Of a stretch of DNA of 64,000 bases, positions 1-10,316 are shown piece after piece. The notes beneath the pieces are model-generated. The model did no database searches and was not told the DNA's origin. It saw only the letters and a program-made list of their open reading frames with translations. The position numbers and the translations under genes are program-made. Within the stretch, counting starts at the first letter, position 1, and the number at the start of each line of letters is the position of its first letter. Source of the stretch: Bacteroidales bacterium (GTDB lineage: Bacteria; Bacteroidota; Bacteroidia; Bacteroidales; Muribaculaceae); assembly GCA_020860515.1 (NCBI GenBank), contig JAJBUG010000029.1, positions 7,413 to 71,412 on the forward strand, read 5' to 3'.

Positions 1-1886
1 AGGCGATACACATTGTCGGGATATTCTCTCAGCAATCTGTCCCACACAGCCATGGCCGCGCTGAAATCCTCAAGCTTGTCCTTGAGGATAAGACCCATAT
101 TATATAGGCCATCCTGGATAATCTCGTGGCATACCGCCTTCTCTTCCTCAGTCATTGGAATCTGGGCCAAGTAATATTCGCGGTTGTGGGGATCCTGCGA
201 AGCTTCCAAGGCTTGAGCTATGCTGTCGGTATTTTCCTCGGTGCCACCGCCCTCGCCTTCTTCCCCTTCTTCTTCATTATCCTCGTCGAAGTCGCTGAAA
301 TCGAAAGTGTTCTTATTGCGACGGCGCCAGTCATCCTCCAGCTTGCGACTGCCCCACTTCTTTTGGAAAGCGGTCTTTCCGGCATTGCGCGTGGAGGTGT
401 TGTAGAAGTACCACGAGTTGTCACTATTGATTGTAAACTCTCGGGAATCATCCTTCACATTGCTGCCTTGAGCTGCCTGATTGGCCAGGTATTCCTCGCG
501 TGCAGCCTCCTCGGCCTCTTTCTTCTCCTTCTCCTTGAGTTCCTTGATGATTCTGTCGATTACAGCCAGGCGCTCCTCTTCCGACATGGCAGCCAAGCGC
601 AAGAGCGAATCCTGTAGATTCACATTCTGCGAATACACAGCCAATTCGTCGAGCACGTCGCTGCGCTTTTTCAACAGTTTGTAATCAGGGTAGCTTTCGG
701 GCAGCAGAGGCACGGCCTCGGCATAGCAGGGCTGCGCCTTCTCATAGTTGCGAAGGTCGAAATAGAGTGTGCCGAGTGTAATCTGGGCGATTGCCTTTTC
801 GATGCCCCCTCGGGTGCTTTTCTCAGCTGCCAGCTCGTAATTCTTGATGGCGTTGAGGGTGTCGCCACGGCTTAGATACAGATTGCCAATGGCATAGTAA
901 ATCTGATCGAGATATTCCTTGTTGCGGTCGTAGCGAGTCATGCGCTGCAGAGCCTTTACCTCAGGAGTGATATCGGCACCGGTGAACACCTCGCTCTGCT
1001 TAATGCGAGCATTGAATTTGGTGCGGTAGGTAGTCGATGCCGAGCTGCCAGCCTTCTTATAGGCTTGGTATGCCTTCTCTTTCTCACCTAATTGGGCATA
1101 CAGCTGGCCTAAGAGGAATTGCAGGCGTGTCTTCTGCGAGCCGCTGCTGTATTTAATGGCTTGTATCAGATAAGGCACAGCCTTTTCATAATCCTTGCTT
1201 TTGATCCAAAAGTCGGCAAAGGCATGGTTGTAAAGGCCCTTGAGGGTTTTATTGTCGAGCTGCTCAGCTTTTATGCGCGTGAGAATCAGTTCGGCCTCGT
1301 AGAGCCAATCCATGCTGATGTAGCTTTGGGCCTGCCACAGCTTTGCCTCGGTCACAGTATTGGGAATCCAGGTGAAATGCTTCACCACATAATAGAAGGT
1401 AGAGGCTGCTCCCAAGAAATCGCCATTGTAATATTGGCTGCGACCCATCATCATCCAAGCATTGTGTATGAATGGGTTGTACTCGTCGCGCTTGAGCCAT
1501 GCCTTGTAGGCGTGGTCGTTCTTGCCCGACTTCCTGGCAGGCTTTTTCTTTATGCTGCGCACCTGGATGGCCTTCTGGGCCTTTTCGATGCTGCGGTTGA
1601 AACTGCCCGATGGCTGGGGAGCCTTAGGGTCGCTCTTGGCCTCGATTGGATGCATATACACCAGGCGCGTGTAGTCGTCCTCGTATTTGTCCTCCATGTC
1701 ATCGAGGGTTTCCTTGTAGTGCTTGTCGCCATTGTAATAGATGTTGTAGCGGGTGATAAAGGCAGTGTACTGGCGCGCAGCCGCAGTGTTTTTCTTCTGC
1801 GCATTGCACCCGGTCATGACAATAGCCGCCACCACGCATAGAAGCAGCGACATCAGCATCTGATATCTATGGCCAAAAATTTTCAC
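1..1886 (-). CDS. sprE: TPR lipoprotein of the T9SS/gliding apparatus (SprE/PorW family), 3'-partial at window edge
   Basis: Not in the ORF track because it runs off the edge. Translated by hand from GTG at 1886: MKIFGHRYQMLMSLLLCVVAAIVMTGC-NAQKKNTAAARQYTAFITRYNIYYNG...YNPFIHNAWMMMGRSQYYNGDF. It has a lipobox and the KKNT..R.Y....RYN.Y.NG N-terminus typical of SprE/PorW. The frame is also open at the window start (AAMAVWDRLLREYPDNVYR). Confidence 0.75.
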   Translation of the reverse strand, partial: MKIFGHRYQMLMSLLLCVVAAIVMTGCNAQKKNTAAARQYTAFITRYNIYYNGDKHYKETLDDMEDKYEDDYTRLVYMHPIEAKSDPKAPQPSGSFNRSIEKAQKAIQVRSIKKKPARKSGKNDHAYKAWLKRDEYNPFIHNAWMMMGRSQYYNGDFLGAASTFYYVVKHFTWIPNTVTEAKLWQAQSYISMDWLYEAELILTRIKAEQLDNKTLKGLYNHAFADFWIKSKDYEKAVPYLIQAIKYSSGSQKTRLQFLLGQLYAQLGEKEKAYQAYKKAGSSASTTYRTKFNARIKQSEVFTGADITPEVKALQRMTRYDRNKEYLDQIYYAIGNLYLSRGDTLNAIKNYELAAEKSTRGGIEKAIAQITLGTLYFDLRNYEKAQPCYAEAVPLLPESYPDYKLLKKRSDVLDELAVYSQNVNLQDSLLRLAAMSEEERLAVIDRIIKELKEKEKKEAEEAAREEYLANQAAQGSNVKDDSREFTINSDNSWYFYNTSTRNAGKTAFQKKWGSRKLEDDWRRRNKNTFDFSDFDEDNEEEGEEGEGGGTEENTDSIAQALEASQDPHNREYYLAQIPMTEEEKAVCHEIIQDGLYNMGLILKDKLEDFSAAMAVWDRLLREYPDNVYR

Positions 1887-1928
1887 ACACTATAAACGAA
1901 AACCACCCCAAAGTATTGTATAAACGTA

Positions 1929-1962
1929 AAGGCGCATATCCTTGTCCAAGGACATGCGCCTT
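1929..1962. terminator. Hairpin, probable intrinsic terminator of the 2113..2856 gene
   Basis: AAGGCGCATATCCTTG-TC-CAAGGACATGCGCCTT, a 16-bp stem with one mismatch. Confidence 0.6.
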
Positions 1963-2112
1963 ACCTTATTCTGATTAATTGGTGAGATGGATGTTAAATT
2001 AATTTTTTAAATAAATCGCTACGTTTTCTGTCACAAGGTCGACGTAAACGCCAACATGAGTAGTGCAAATAATTCTTTCATTTCAAATGGTTTTTGGTTA
2101 GCAATCGAGTTG

Positions 2113-2856
2113 TTAGGGAAGCTGGGCCACTGGATCGTCGGGCACCAGGATGGTGACTACATGGAGGCCTGCATCGGCGTAGTCGTGCTCAAGGATGCCG
2201 TCGTCGGCGCTCTCCTCGCGGTCCATCCAGTAGCGTCCGCTGCTGTGCTTCTCGTAGTGGCGGTCAACCATCTTGCCGCGGGTCTTGTACACGTGGCTGC
2301 GGCTGCCCTGTCCTTCGTCGCCCCAGTAGATCAGGCACTCCTTGCCCTGAATCTCGGCCGGGAGGGTCAGGCTGTACTCAACGTTGTCGTTGGGGGTCAC
2401 TACCGACACGACCTGCACTACGCGGTAGCTAAGGGGAGCGCTCAGGTGGTATCCGGCCTTGGCGCCCGAGCCGTCGCGGTTGACATGGAGGGTGTAGTTG
2501 GTGCCGGGCACGATGCGGAGCCAGTCGATGTTGAGGGCGTCGATGTGGGTCACGCCGGTGGGGAAGTATCCGAGGCCGTCGGCGTCAATCAGCAGGTTGG
2601 CCGAAGCCTTGTCGGCGTCGCATGTGATGCTGTCGATCGAGAGAGCTTGGTTCTCGCGGATGTTGAGGAGGATTCGCATGCCGTCCTGGCGGATGTAGTT
2701 GACGGGAGCCACGTCGGTGCGGGGGATCGACACGGTGAACGGGGTGTTCTCCTCGATTTCTGGGAATGTGTCAGCTACAGCGGGAGCTGCGAATGTAGCA
2801 GCGATGAAAAGGATAGCGGCTGCTACGGGGCCGGTGGTGTTGTGAATGGTCTGCAT
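2113..2856 (-). CDS. Secreted hypothetical protein with PKD-like C-terminal motifs, possibly truncated
   Basis: Signal peptide (AAAILFIAATFAAPAVA). IYWGD...LEHDYADAGLHVVTILV resembles a PKD strand pattern. GC-rich relative to its flanks. Confidence 0.55.
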   Translation of the reverse strand: MQTIHNTTGPVAAAILFIAATFAAPAVADTFPEIEENTPFTVSIPRTDVAPVNYIRQDGMRILLNIRENQALSIDSITCDADKASANLLIDADGLGYFPTGVTHIDALNIDWLRIVPGTNYTLHVNRDGSGAKAGYHLSAPLSYRVVQVVSVVTPNDNVEYSLTLPAEIQGKECLIYWGDEGQGSRSHVYKTRGKMVDRHYEKHSSGRYWMDREESADDGILEHDYADAGLHVVTILVPDDPVAQLP

Positions 2857-3148
2857 AATCTGAAAGTTTAAAAGTTCGACTTTTGATGTTAGTTTTGTTA
2901 GTTAGTTAAGTTGGTTGATAATCGCTAATTTTCTTTTTCCTCTATTTTGTTTTAATGGTTTGTTGATTCGCGGTTCGTTTTTAATGTTTACGTCGCAAAG
3001 TTAATTCAAAAATCAGCCTAAATCCAAACAAATTTTGTCTAAAGTTACGATTTTGCAAAGATTTGGTTAAAATAGTATCATAATTCTTGACAAAAATGTT
3101 GCAATTCTGTAACATATGACTCAATTTTGTCATTTTCTGTAAAAGTCG

Positions 3149-3156
3149 TAACTTTG
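3149..3156 (+). promoter_or_regulatory. Bacteroidetes sigma-A -7 element (TAnnTTTG)
   Basis: TAACTTTG just upstream of the ATG at 3174. Confidence 0.65.
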
Positions 3157-3173
3157 CGCCATAATAGATTGCA

Positions 3174-4469
3174 ATGACTACAAACCTACATACCGAAAAG
3201 ATTCCAGCGGGGCGCGGCTGGCTGGCTTTGAGCCCCTTGATAGTGTTTCTGTGCCTTTACTTGGCCACTTCGCTTATCATCAACGACTTCTATGCTGTGC
3301 CAATCACCGTGGCATTCTTGATTTCGTCGATATATGCCGTCACAATCTCAATAGGCCGACCCATGGGCGAACGCGTGGAAGAGTTCTCGCGAGGTGCTGG
3401 CGAGCCCAACATCCTGGTGATGATCTGGATATTCATCTTAGCCGGGGCCTTTGCAGCCAGCGCCAAGGCAATTGGCAGCATCGAATCCACGGTCAATCTC
3501 TGCCTGCAGTTTCTTCCCAGCCAATGGGTGCCAGCCGGCCTGTTCCTGGGAGCCTGCTTCATATCACTTGCCATTGGCACATCTGTCGGCACAGTGGTGG
3601 CATTAGTGCCAGTGGCAGCCGGCATTGCCGATGTCACCGACACCAGCCTCGGCTTTATGGTGGCCATCGTAGTGGGCGGCGCCTTCTTCGGCGACAATCT
3701 CAGCTTCATTTCCGACACTACCATTGCAGCCACGCGCACCCAAGGATGCGACATGCGCGACAAATTCATGGCCAACATCCGAGTGGTAATACCCGCCGCC
3801 CTGGTGGTATTGGCGATCTATATCATCTGCGGCCTTGAGGGCAATTTCGAGGCTTTGGAGGTAGGCGAAGTGGATTACGCAAAAATTTTACCTTATATTA
3901 TAGTATTGGTAGGCGCATTGGCAGGCATCAATGTGCAGGTGGTGCTGGTGCTGGGCTTGCTCACTGTGCTTGGCGTGGCTTTGGGCACGCACTCGGCAAA
4001 TGTGCTGGAGTGGTTTGGCTCCATGGGCCAGGGCATAGCGGGAATGGGCGACTTGATTGCCGTGACCCTCCTGGCTGGCGGCATGCTGGAGCTGATTCGC
4101 ATCAATGGAGGCATATCATATCTGCTGCAAGCCCTTACGCGCCATGTGCATGGACGCAGAGGCGCAGCCTTCTCGATTGCCGCCCTGGTGAGCGTGGCCA
4201 ATGTGTGCACTGCCAACAACACCATTGCCATCATCACGGTAGGCAAAATTGCCAATGACATATCGCGCCGATATGGCCTCGATCCCAAGCGAGTGGCAAG
4301 CATTCTCGACACCTTCTCCTGCGTGATGCAAGGCATAATCCCCTACGGCGCACAGCTGCTGATGGCCGGCAGCCTTGCGTCCATTTCGCCCCTGTCGATT
4401 ATTGGCTACCTCTACTATCCCATGGTATTGGCCCTGACTGCCATCATTGGCATTGCTGTCAGGAAATAA
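3174..4469 (+). CDS. NhaC-family Na+/H+ antiporter-like transporter (putative amino-acid/methionine transporter)
   Basis: About 11-12 TM segments. ISLAIGTSVGT, GGAFFGDNLSFISDTTIAATRTQGC and IIPYGAQLL motifs. Confidence 0.85.
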   Translation: MTTNLHTEKIPAGRGWLALSPLIVFLCLYLATSLIINDFYAVPITVAFLISSIYAVTISIGRPMGERVEEFSRGAGEPNILVMIWIFILAGAFAASAKAIGSIESTVNLCLQFLPSQWVPAGLFLGACFISLAIGTSVGTVVALVPVAAGIADVTDTSLGFMVAIVVGGAFFGDNLSFISDTTIAATRTQGCDMRDKFMANIRVVIPAALVVLAIYIICGLEGNFEALEVGEVDYAKILPYIIVLVGALAGINVQVVLVLGLLTVLGVALGTHSANVLEWFGSMGQGIAGMGDLIAVTLLAGGMLELIRINGGISYLLQALTRHVHGRRGAAFSIAALVSVANVCTANNTIAIITVGKIANDISRRYGLDPKRVASILDTFSCVMQGIIPYGAQLLMAGSLASISPLSIIGYLYYPMVLALTAIIGIAVRK

Positions 4470-4512
4470 CATTCCACCACTGCATTTATTTGGGTGTTTA
4501 AGAAAAAAATAG

Positions 4513-4520
4513 TAACTTTG
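4513..4520 (+). promoter_or_regulatory. Bacteroidetes -7 promoter element
   Basis: TAACTTTG upstream of the ATG at 4552. Confidence 0.6.
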
Positions 4521-4551
4521 TGGCACAGAAAACCTATATAAACATGGCACG

Positions 4552-5697
4552 ATGAAACTCCCAATTTCAAGTATATTATCTTTTCTGACAGCATTGCTCC
4601 TTGTCGCCTGCGGGGGCGGCCAAGGCAGCAATGCAATATCCTCGGCTGATGGCAGGGCAGTAGATTTGCGATATGCCGATTATCTGACTATCACTGATTA
4701 TCCCGATGGCTATTCTGTGGCCACAATCCGCAATCCATGGGACTCTACCAAGGCGCTTCACACCTATGTGTTGCTGCCCGACTCAGTGCCCATGCCAGCC
4801 TATCTGCCCGAGGGCACCCTGGTGCGAACTCCGCTTACCAGAAGCGTGGTTTATTCCAGCGTGCACAATTCTCTTATCACTGAATTGGGTGCAATCGATG
4901 CTATCTCGGGGGTGTGCGACCCGCAATACATCCATCAAGCTGATTTGGCCAAGCGCATTGACCAAGGGCTGGTGGCAAATTGCGGCAGCAGCATGGCTCC
5001 AAACCTGGAGCAAATAATTGCCCTGCAACCCCAGGCCATATTGCTATCGCCTTACGAAAACAACAACGGCTACGGCGCAGTGGAGCAAATCTCCATCCCA
5101 ATTGTTGAATGTGCTGACTATATGGAGACATCGCCGCTTGGCCGAGCCGAATGGGTGAAATTTTACGGCATGCTGTATGGCCAGGAGGCAAGGGCAGACT
5201 CAATGTTTGCCAATACTGAGGCAGAATACTCACGCCTAAAAGCCGTAGCCGCCAATGTCACTGCAAAGCCCAAGGTAATGATGGACCTTATATGGTCCAA
5301 CGTATGGCACCAGCCAGCTGCCAATTCCACCATGGGAATATTCCTGAGCGATGCTGGAGCCCAAGGGATTGCACAGGACATTGAAAAAAGCGGCAGCATA
5401 GGATTCACACCCGAGGAAGTGCTTTATCGCGCTCAGGATGCCGACTATTGGCTGATGAGATATGCACAAGCAGTGCCGATGACCCTCAAGCAATTGGCCA
5501 AGGACAATGAAATTTACACCCGCTTCCCAGCGTTCAAGAATGGCCAGGTATATGGCTGTGACACACAGCAGGTGGATTTCTACGAGGAGACCCCCTACCA
5601 CCCCGAGCGGCTGCTGAGCTGCATGATTGCCCTGCTCCACCCCGAGCTCGCAGACGCGGTGCCTAACGCCCCAGTCTATTTCACTAAAATCCAATAA
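4552..5697 (+). CDS. ABC transporter substrate-binding lipoprotein, BtuF/FecB (cobalamin/iron-chelate) family
   Basis: Lipobox LLVAC. PNLEQIIALQPQAIL and DYMETSPLGRAEWVKFYGMLYG motifs. Confidence 0.85.
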   Translation: MKLPISSILSFLTALLLVACGGGQGSNAISSADGRAVDLRYADYLTITDYPDGYSVATIRNPWDSTKALHTYVLLPDSVPMPAYLPEGTLVRTPLTRSVVYSSVHNSLITELGAIDAISGVCDPQYIHQADLAKRIDQGLVANCGSSMAPNLEQIIALQPQAILLSPYENNNGYGAVEQISIPIVECADYMETSPLGRAEWVKFYGMLYGQEARADSMFANTEAEYSRLKAVAANVTAKPKVMMDLIWSNVWHQPAANSTMGIFLSDAGAQGIAQDIEKSGSIGFTPEEVLYRAQDADYWLMRYAQAVPMTLKQLAKDNEIYTRFPAFKNGQVYGCDTQQVDFYEETPYHPERLLSCMIALLHPELADAVPNAPVYFTKIQ

Positions 5698-5715
5698 CTC
5701 CAGGGAATTATTAAT

Positions 5716-6723
5716 ATGAAAGCAGGATGGAAATTCATAGCGCTGGTGGTGCTTACAGCTGCGCTATTTGTCGGCAATCTTTACGTTGGCGGCATCCGAC
5801 TGCAGTGGACCGACGTTACCAACGCTCTTCTGGGGCGTGGCGCCATCAATCCCACCACACAGTACATTGTGTTGGGCATGCGACTGATGGAGGCTATCAC
5901 AGCCCTGCTGGCCGGCGCGGCCTTGGCAGTGTCGGGCCTGTTGCTGCAGACTGCTTTCCGCAATCCCCTGGCTGGCCCGTCAATCTTAGGCATCAACTCG
6001 GGGGCAAGCCTTGGTGTGGCCTTGGTGATGCTGCTCCTTGGCGGAGCTGTGACCCTTGGCAACCACGTGATCAGCGGCTATCTGGCCGTGATGCTGGGCG
6101 CATTTATCGGCTCGCTGGCTGTGATGGGGCTGTTGCTGATGCTATCCACCGTGGTCCACAGCGATTTGCTGCTGCTTATAGCTGGCGTGATGCTGGGATA
6201 CTTAGCCTCGTCGGTGGTGATGCTGCTCAATTTCGCCGCCACTGCCGAGGGGGTGCAAAGCTATGTGATGTGGGGCATGGGCACATTCGGCGGTGTCAGC
6301 ACCTCCAGGATGCCGCTCTTCGCCATAGTCAGCCTGATAGGCCTGTTTATTTCCCTGCTGCTAATAAAGCCTCTCGACCTCTTGCTGCTGGGCGACCGCT
6401 ATGCCCAGAACCTCGGCCTTAATCTTACACGCACTCGCAATCATCTGCTGATCGCCACCGGACTGCTGGTGGCAGTGGTCACGGCTTACTGCGGGCCCAT
6501 CTCATTCATTGGCTTGGCAGTGCCCCACATGGCGCGGTGGGTGTGGCGCACCGATCAGCACGCAATCCTTATGCCTGGAGTAATGCTTGTGGGGGCCGAT
6601 GTGGCTCTCGCCTGCTCATTTGTGAGCCAGCTCCCGACCCATGGAGCCATCCCAATTAACGCCCTCACCCCCGTGATCGGGGCGCCAGTGATTATCTATG
6701 TGATTATTCGCAACCGCAAATAA
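5716..6723 (+). CDS. FecCD/BtuC-family ABC permease
   Basis: SGLLLQTAFRNPLAGPSILGINSGASLG and GPISFIGLAVPH motifs; hydrophobic. Confidence 0.9.
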   Translation: MKAGWKFIALVVLTAALFVGNLYVGGIRLQWTDVTNALLGRGAINPTTQYIVLGMRLMEAITALLAGAALAVSGLLLQTAFRNPLAGPSILGINSGASLGVALVMLLLGGAVTLGNHVISGYLAVMLGAFIGSLAVMGLLLMLSTVVHSDLLLLIAGVMLGYLASSVVMLLNFAATAEGVQSYVMWGMGTFGGVSTSRMPLFAIVSLIGLFISLLLIKPLDLLLLGDRYAQNLGLNLTRTRNHLLIATGLLVAVVTAYCGPISFIGLAVPHMARWVWRTDQHAILMPGVMLVGADVALACSFVSQLPTHGAIPINALTPVIGAPVIIYVIIRNRK

Positions 6724-6969
6724 AACATATTTCGCAAAGCAAAGGTAGCAAATATTTATTTGTCAACCAAATTTTTGTGAAAAATATCAATTTTCTTTCA
6801 ATTTTTTACCTCAAAAATAATTTTTGATAAAAAATTAATATTTTTCACTTAAATATTTGGTAGGTTGTAAAATTTCTTGTATTTTTGGGGGATAATTCAA
6901 AACAATTAAAAAAATTACACCTAAAATTACCTTAAAAGAAACAAACTTAACAACCAAATACCATAATAA

Positions 6970-8958
6970 ATGAGTTATCTTAAATTTGATAAGAACCTAC
7001 TCATCAATCTCGAGCAGAGCCTGCCAAAAGAGATGCTTCGCACCAACTTCGCAGGCGCCTACCATTGTACAACTCTGGTTGGCTGCAACACCCGCAAGCA
7101 GCATGGCTTGCTGGTGATTCCTATCCCCGAGATGGGCAACAAGCCTCATGTGCTGCTGTCGAGCCTTGATGAGACGGTGATTCAACACGGTGCCCCATTC
7201 AACCTTGGCATCCATCGCTACCAAGGCGGCGTTTACAGCCCCAATGGTCACAAGTACATCCGCGAGTTCGACTGTGAGAACGTGCCACGCATGACCTACC
7301 GCGTGGGCGGCGTCATCCTCACCAAGGAGAAAATCTTCATCTCGCAGGAAAACCGCATTCTGATTCGCTACACCCTGGTGGATGCCCACTCAGCTACCAC
7401 TCTGCAGTTCCGCCCATTCCTCGCATTCCGCGAGAGCAACTCGCTGTGCATCGCCAACGACGCCATCAATCGCGAAATAATCCCGGTGGAGAATGGTATC
7501 GGCACATGCCTCTACCACGGCTACCCCACCCTCTACATGCAATTCTCGCGCAAAGTGGAGTGGGTTGACAATCCCAACTGGTACAAGAATGTAGAATACA
7601 TCAAGGATATGGAGCGCGGCGTGCCCTACACCGAGGACCTGTGGGTGCCCGGATATTTCCAACTGCCAATCAAGAAGGGCGAAAGCATCATCTTCTCGGC
7701 TGGCGTAGAGCCTGTATCGCCCCGCTCGCTCACCAAGATGTATGAGAAGGAAATAATATCGCGCACTCCGCGTTCGAGCTTCTTCAATTGCATGAAGAAT
7801 GCTGCCAAGCAGTTCTATATCACCGATAAGGAGGGCCACTTCATCATCAGCGGCTTCCCCTGGGGCACTATCCTGGCACGCAACACCATGATGGCCCTTC
7901 CGGGCCTGACCCTCGCTATTGACCACCGCAAGGACTTCGAGGAAATCATGGCCACTGCAAGCGAAGCCTTGAAAAATTTCATGGAGAAGGGCGAGCTCAG
8001 CGACCGCATCCACGGCATCGACCTGCCCGACATACCCCTGTGGTGCGTATGGGCTCTGCAGCAATATGCCAAGAATGCTGGCGACGAAGAGGCTCGCAAG
8101 CGCTATATGGGCCTCATCGCTGAGATTCTCAATTATGTGCTCGATGGGGGCCATCCCAATCTGCGCGTAGATGAGGAGAACGGCCTGCTCACAACCCTGG
8201 GCACCACCAGCCCGGTATCGTGGATGAACTCGCAGCTCAACGGCAAGCCGGTGATTCCGCGCACTGGATATTTGGTAGAGTTCAACGCCCTGTGGTACAA
8301 TGCTCTCAAGTTCGCCGCTGCCCTGGCTGCTCCGCTGCCTGAGCTGGAGGAGAATGTGAAGCGTTGGGAAGAAGCCGCCGAGAAGATGAAGCAGCCATTC
8401 GTGGATGTGTTCCTCAATGATTACGGCTATCTCTACGACTATGTAAGCAACGGCTATGCCGATCCGCAGGTTCGCCCCAATATGGCAGTTGCCATCGGCC
8501 TCGACTATTCGCCGCTCGACCGCCGTCAGCGCAAGGGCGTGCTCGATATCGTGACCCGCGAACTTCTCACCCCCAAGGGTCTGCGCACCCTGTCGCCTAA
8601 GAGCTATGGCTATCGTCCGTTCTACCTCGGCAGTCCCGAGGAGCGCGAACTTGCCCTGCACCAGGGCCCGGCTCGTCCTTGGCTGTTCGGATTCTATGCC
8701 GACGCCTATATCCGCGTGTTCGGCATGAGCGGCATCAGCTACATCGACCGCATGCTTATTGGCTTTGAGGAGGAAATGACCCAAGGCTGCATCGGCAGTT
8801 TGAGCCAGCTCTACGATGCCAACCCGCCTTACACTGGCCGAGGCGCTGTGTCGCACGCCACCAACGTGGCCGAGGTGCTTCGCGCTCTGCGCACCGTAAA
8901 GCGCCTGACCAAGGACCAGGAGAAGAAAGAAGAAGAAGAAAAGAAAGCCACAATCTAA
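6970..8958 (+). CDS. Glycogen debranching enzyme (amylo-alpha-1,6-glucosidase, GDE_N + GDE_C, GH133-like)
   Basis: EMLRTN..GAYHCTTLVGCNTRKQHGLL, VEFNALWYNAL, VRPNM..AI, LLTPKGLRTLSP. Confidence 0.9.
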   Translation: MSYLKFDKNLLINLEQSLPKEMLRTNFAGAYHCTTLVGCNTRKQHGLLVIPIPEMGNKPHVLLSSLDETVIQHGAPFNLGIHRYQGGVYSPNGHKYIREFDCENVPRMTYRVGGVILTKEKIFISQENRILIRYTLVDAHSATTLQFRPFLAFRESNSLCIANDAINREIIPVENGIGTCLYHGYPTLYMQFSRKVEWVDNPNWYKNVEYIKDMERGVPYTEDLWVPGYFQLPIKKGESIIFSAGVEPVSPRSLTKMYEKEIISRTPRSSFFNCMKNAAKQFYITDKEGHFIISGFPWGTILARNTMMALPGLTLAIDHRKDFEEIMATASEALKNFMEKGELSDRIHGIDLPDIPLWCVWALQQYAKNAGDEEARKRYMGLIAEILNYVLDGGHPNLRVDEENGLLTTLGTTSPVSWMNSQLNGKPVIPRTGYLVEFNALWYNALKFAAALAAPLPELEENVKRWEEAAEKMKQPFVDVFLNDYGYLYDYVSNGYADPQVRPNMAVAIGLDYSPLDRRQRKGVLDIVTRELLTPKGLRTLSPKSYGYRPFYLGSPEERELALHQGPARPWLFGFYADAYIRVFGMSGISYIDRMLIGFEEEMTQGCIGSLSQLYDANPPYTGRGAVSHATNVAEVLRALRTVKRLTKDQEKKEEEEKKATI

Positions 8959-8973
8959 CACCACGATACCGCA

Positions 8974-10236
8974 ATGAAAGCATTAATGTTCGGGTGGGAA
9001 TTCCCCCCTCATATCTTAGGCGGACTTGGCACGGCGAGCTACGGCCTCACAAAAGGCATGTGGGAATGCGGCGACATGGATATCACATTCGTCATCCCCA
9101 AGCCTTGGGGCGATGAAGACCGCTCGTTTGCACATATCATTGGCGCCAGCCAGGTGCCCGTATGCTGGCGCGACGTCAACTACGACTATGTAGAAAGCCG
9201 CATCGGAAAGGTGATGAATCCTGAGCTCTATTTCAAGCTCCGCGACCATATCTATGCCGATTTCAACTATATGCGCACCAACGACCTGGGCTGCATTGAG
9301 TTCTCAGGCCGCTACCCCGACAACCTGCTCGAGGAGATCAACAACTACTCGATTATGGCAGGCGTGGTGGCACGCACACTCGATTTCGACATCATCCACA
9401 GCCACGACTGGCTCACCTACCCCGCTGGCATCCATGCCAAGCAGGTGAGCGGCAAGCCTCTGGTAATCCACGTGCACGCCACCGACTACGACCGCAGCCG
9501 TGGCAACGTGAACCCCACTGTGTTCTCAATCGAGCGCGATGGCATGCTCAACGCTGACCACATCATCACCGTGAGCAACCTCACTCGCCAGACCGTAATC
9601 GAAAAATATGGCATCGACCCCAACAAGGTGACTACCGTGCACAATGCAGTGGTGCCATTGAGCGAAGAATTGCTCAATGTAGAGGTGCGCAAGCCAAAAG
9701 AGAAAGTGGTGACCTTCCTGGGGCGCATCACTATGCAGAAAGGCCCCGAATACTTCGTGGAGGCTGCTGCAAAGGTGCTCAAGAACAACCACAATGTGCG
9801 CTTCGTGATGGCCGGCAGCGGCGATATGATGGACAAGATGATCAGCCTCGCAGCCGAGCGCGGCATCAGCGACCGCTTCCACTTCCCAGGTTTCCAAAAG
9901 GGCAAGCAGGTTTACGAAATGCTCAAGGCCAGCGACGTGTACATCATGCCGTCGGTATCCGAGCCTTTCGGCATCTCGCCCCTTGAGGCTATGCAGATGG
10001 GAGTGCCAAGCATTATCTCAAAGCAGAGCGGTTGCGCCGAAATCCTCAACAATGTGATCAAGACCGACTACTGGGACATCGATGCCATGGCCGACGCCAT
10101 CAACTCGATTTGCAGCTATCCCGCCATGTACGAGACACTGCGCGAGGACGGCTTGGCAGAAGTGGCTCAAATCACATGGGACAAGGCTGGCAAAAAGGTA
10201 ATCGACATCTACAACAAAGTCTTGGGCAAAGCCTAA
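8974..10236 (+). CDS. GT4 glycosyltransferase (Bacteroidetes glycogen synthase-like)
   Basis: MFGWEFPPHILGGLG, HSHDWLT, YIMPSVSEPFGISPLEAM. Confidence 0.9.
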   Translation: MKALMFGWEFPPHILGGLGTASYGLTKGMWECGDMDITFVIPKPWGDEDRSFAHIIGASQVPVCWRDVNYDYVESRIGKVMNPELYFKLRDHIYADFNYMRTNDLGCIEFSGRYPDNLLEEINNYSIMAGVVARTLDFDIIHSHDWLTYPAGIHAKQVSGKPLVIHVHATDYDRSRGNVNPTVFSIERDGMLNADHIITVSNLTRQTVIEKYGIDPNKVTTVHNAVVPLSEELLNVEVRKPKEKVVTFLGRITMQKGPEYFVEAAAKVLKNNHNVRFVMAGSGDMMDKMISLAAERGISDRFHFPGFQKGKQVYEMLKASDVYIMPSVSEPFGISPLEAMQMGVPSIISKQSGCAEILNNVIKTDYWDIDAMADAINSICSYPAMYETLREDGLAEVAQITWDKAGKKVIDIYNKVLGKA

Positions 10237-10242
10237 AGGATG

Positions 10243-10316
10243 CCGGATGGCGTTAGGTTCCCCCTTCTCCAGATGGCGTTCGGTTCCCCTTCTCCGGACG
10301 GCGTTCGGTTTCCCGG
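10243..10316. repeat. Three-copy 25-26 bp tandem repeat between GT4 and GH57
   Basis: CCGGATGGCGTTAGGTTCCCCCTTCT / CCAGATGGCGTTCGGTTCCCCTTCT / CCGGACGGCGTTCGGTTTCCCGG. Confidence 0.85.

Noticed and set aside
4470-4551. Cobalamin riboswitch upstream of the BtuF-like gene
   Set aside because: The leader is too short and lacks the recognisable B12-box and GGGAA motifs.
7390-8964. 524-aa antisense ORF over the debranching enzyme
   Set aside because: Shadow frame produced by biased codon usage; no family motifs. The same applies to 1119..1841, 2056..2871, 126..617 and most short overlapping ORFs in the track.
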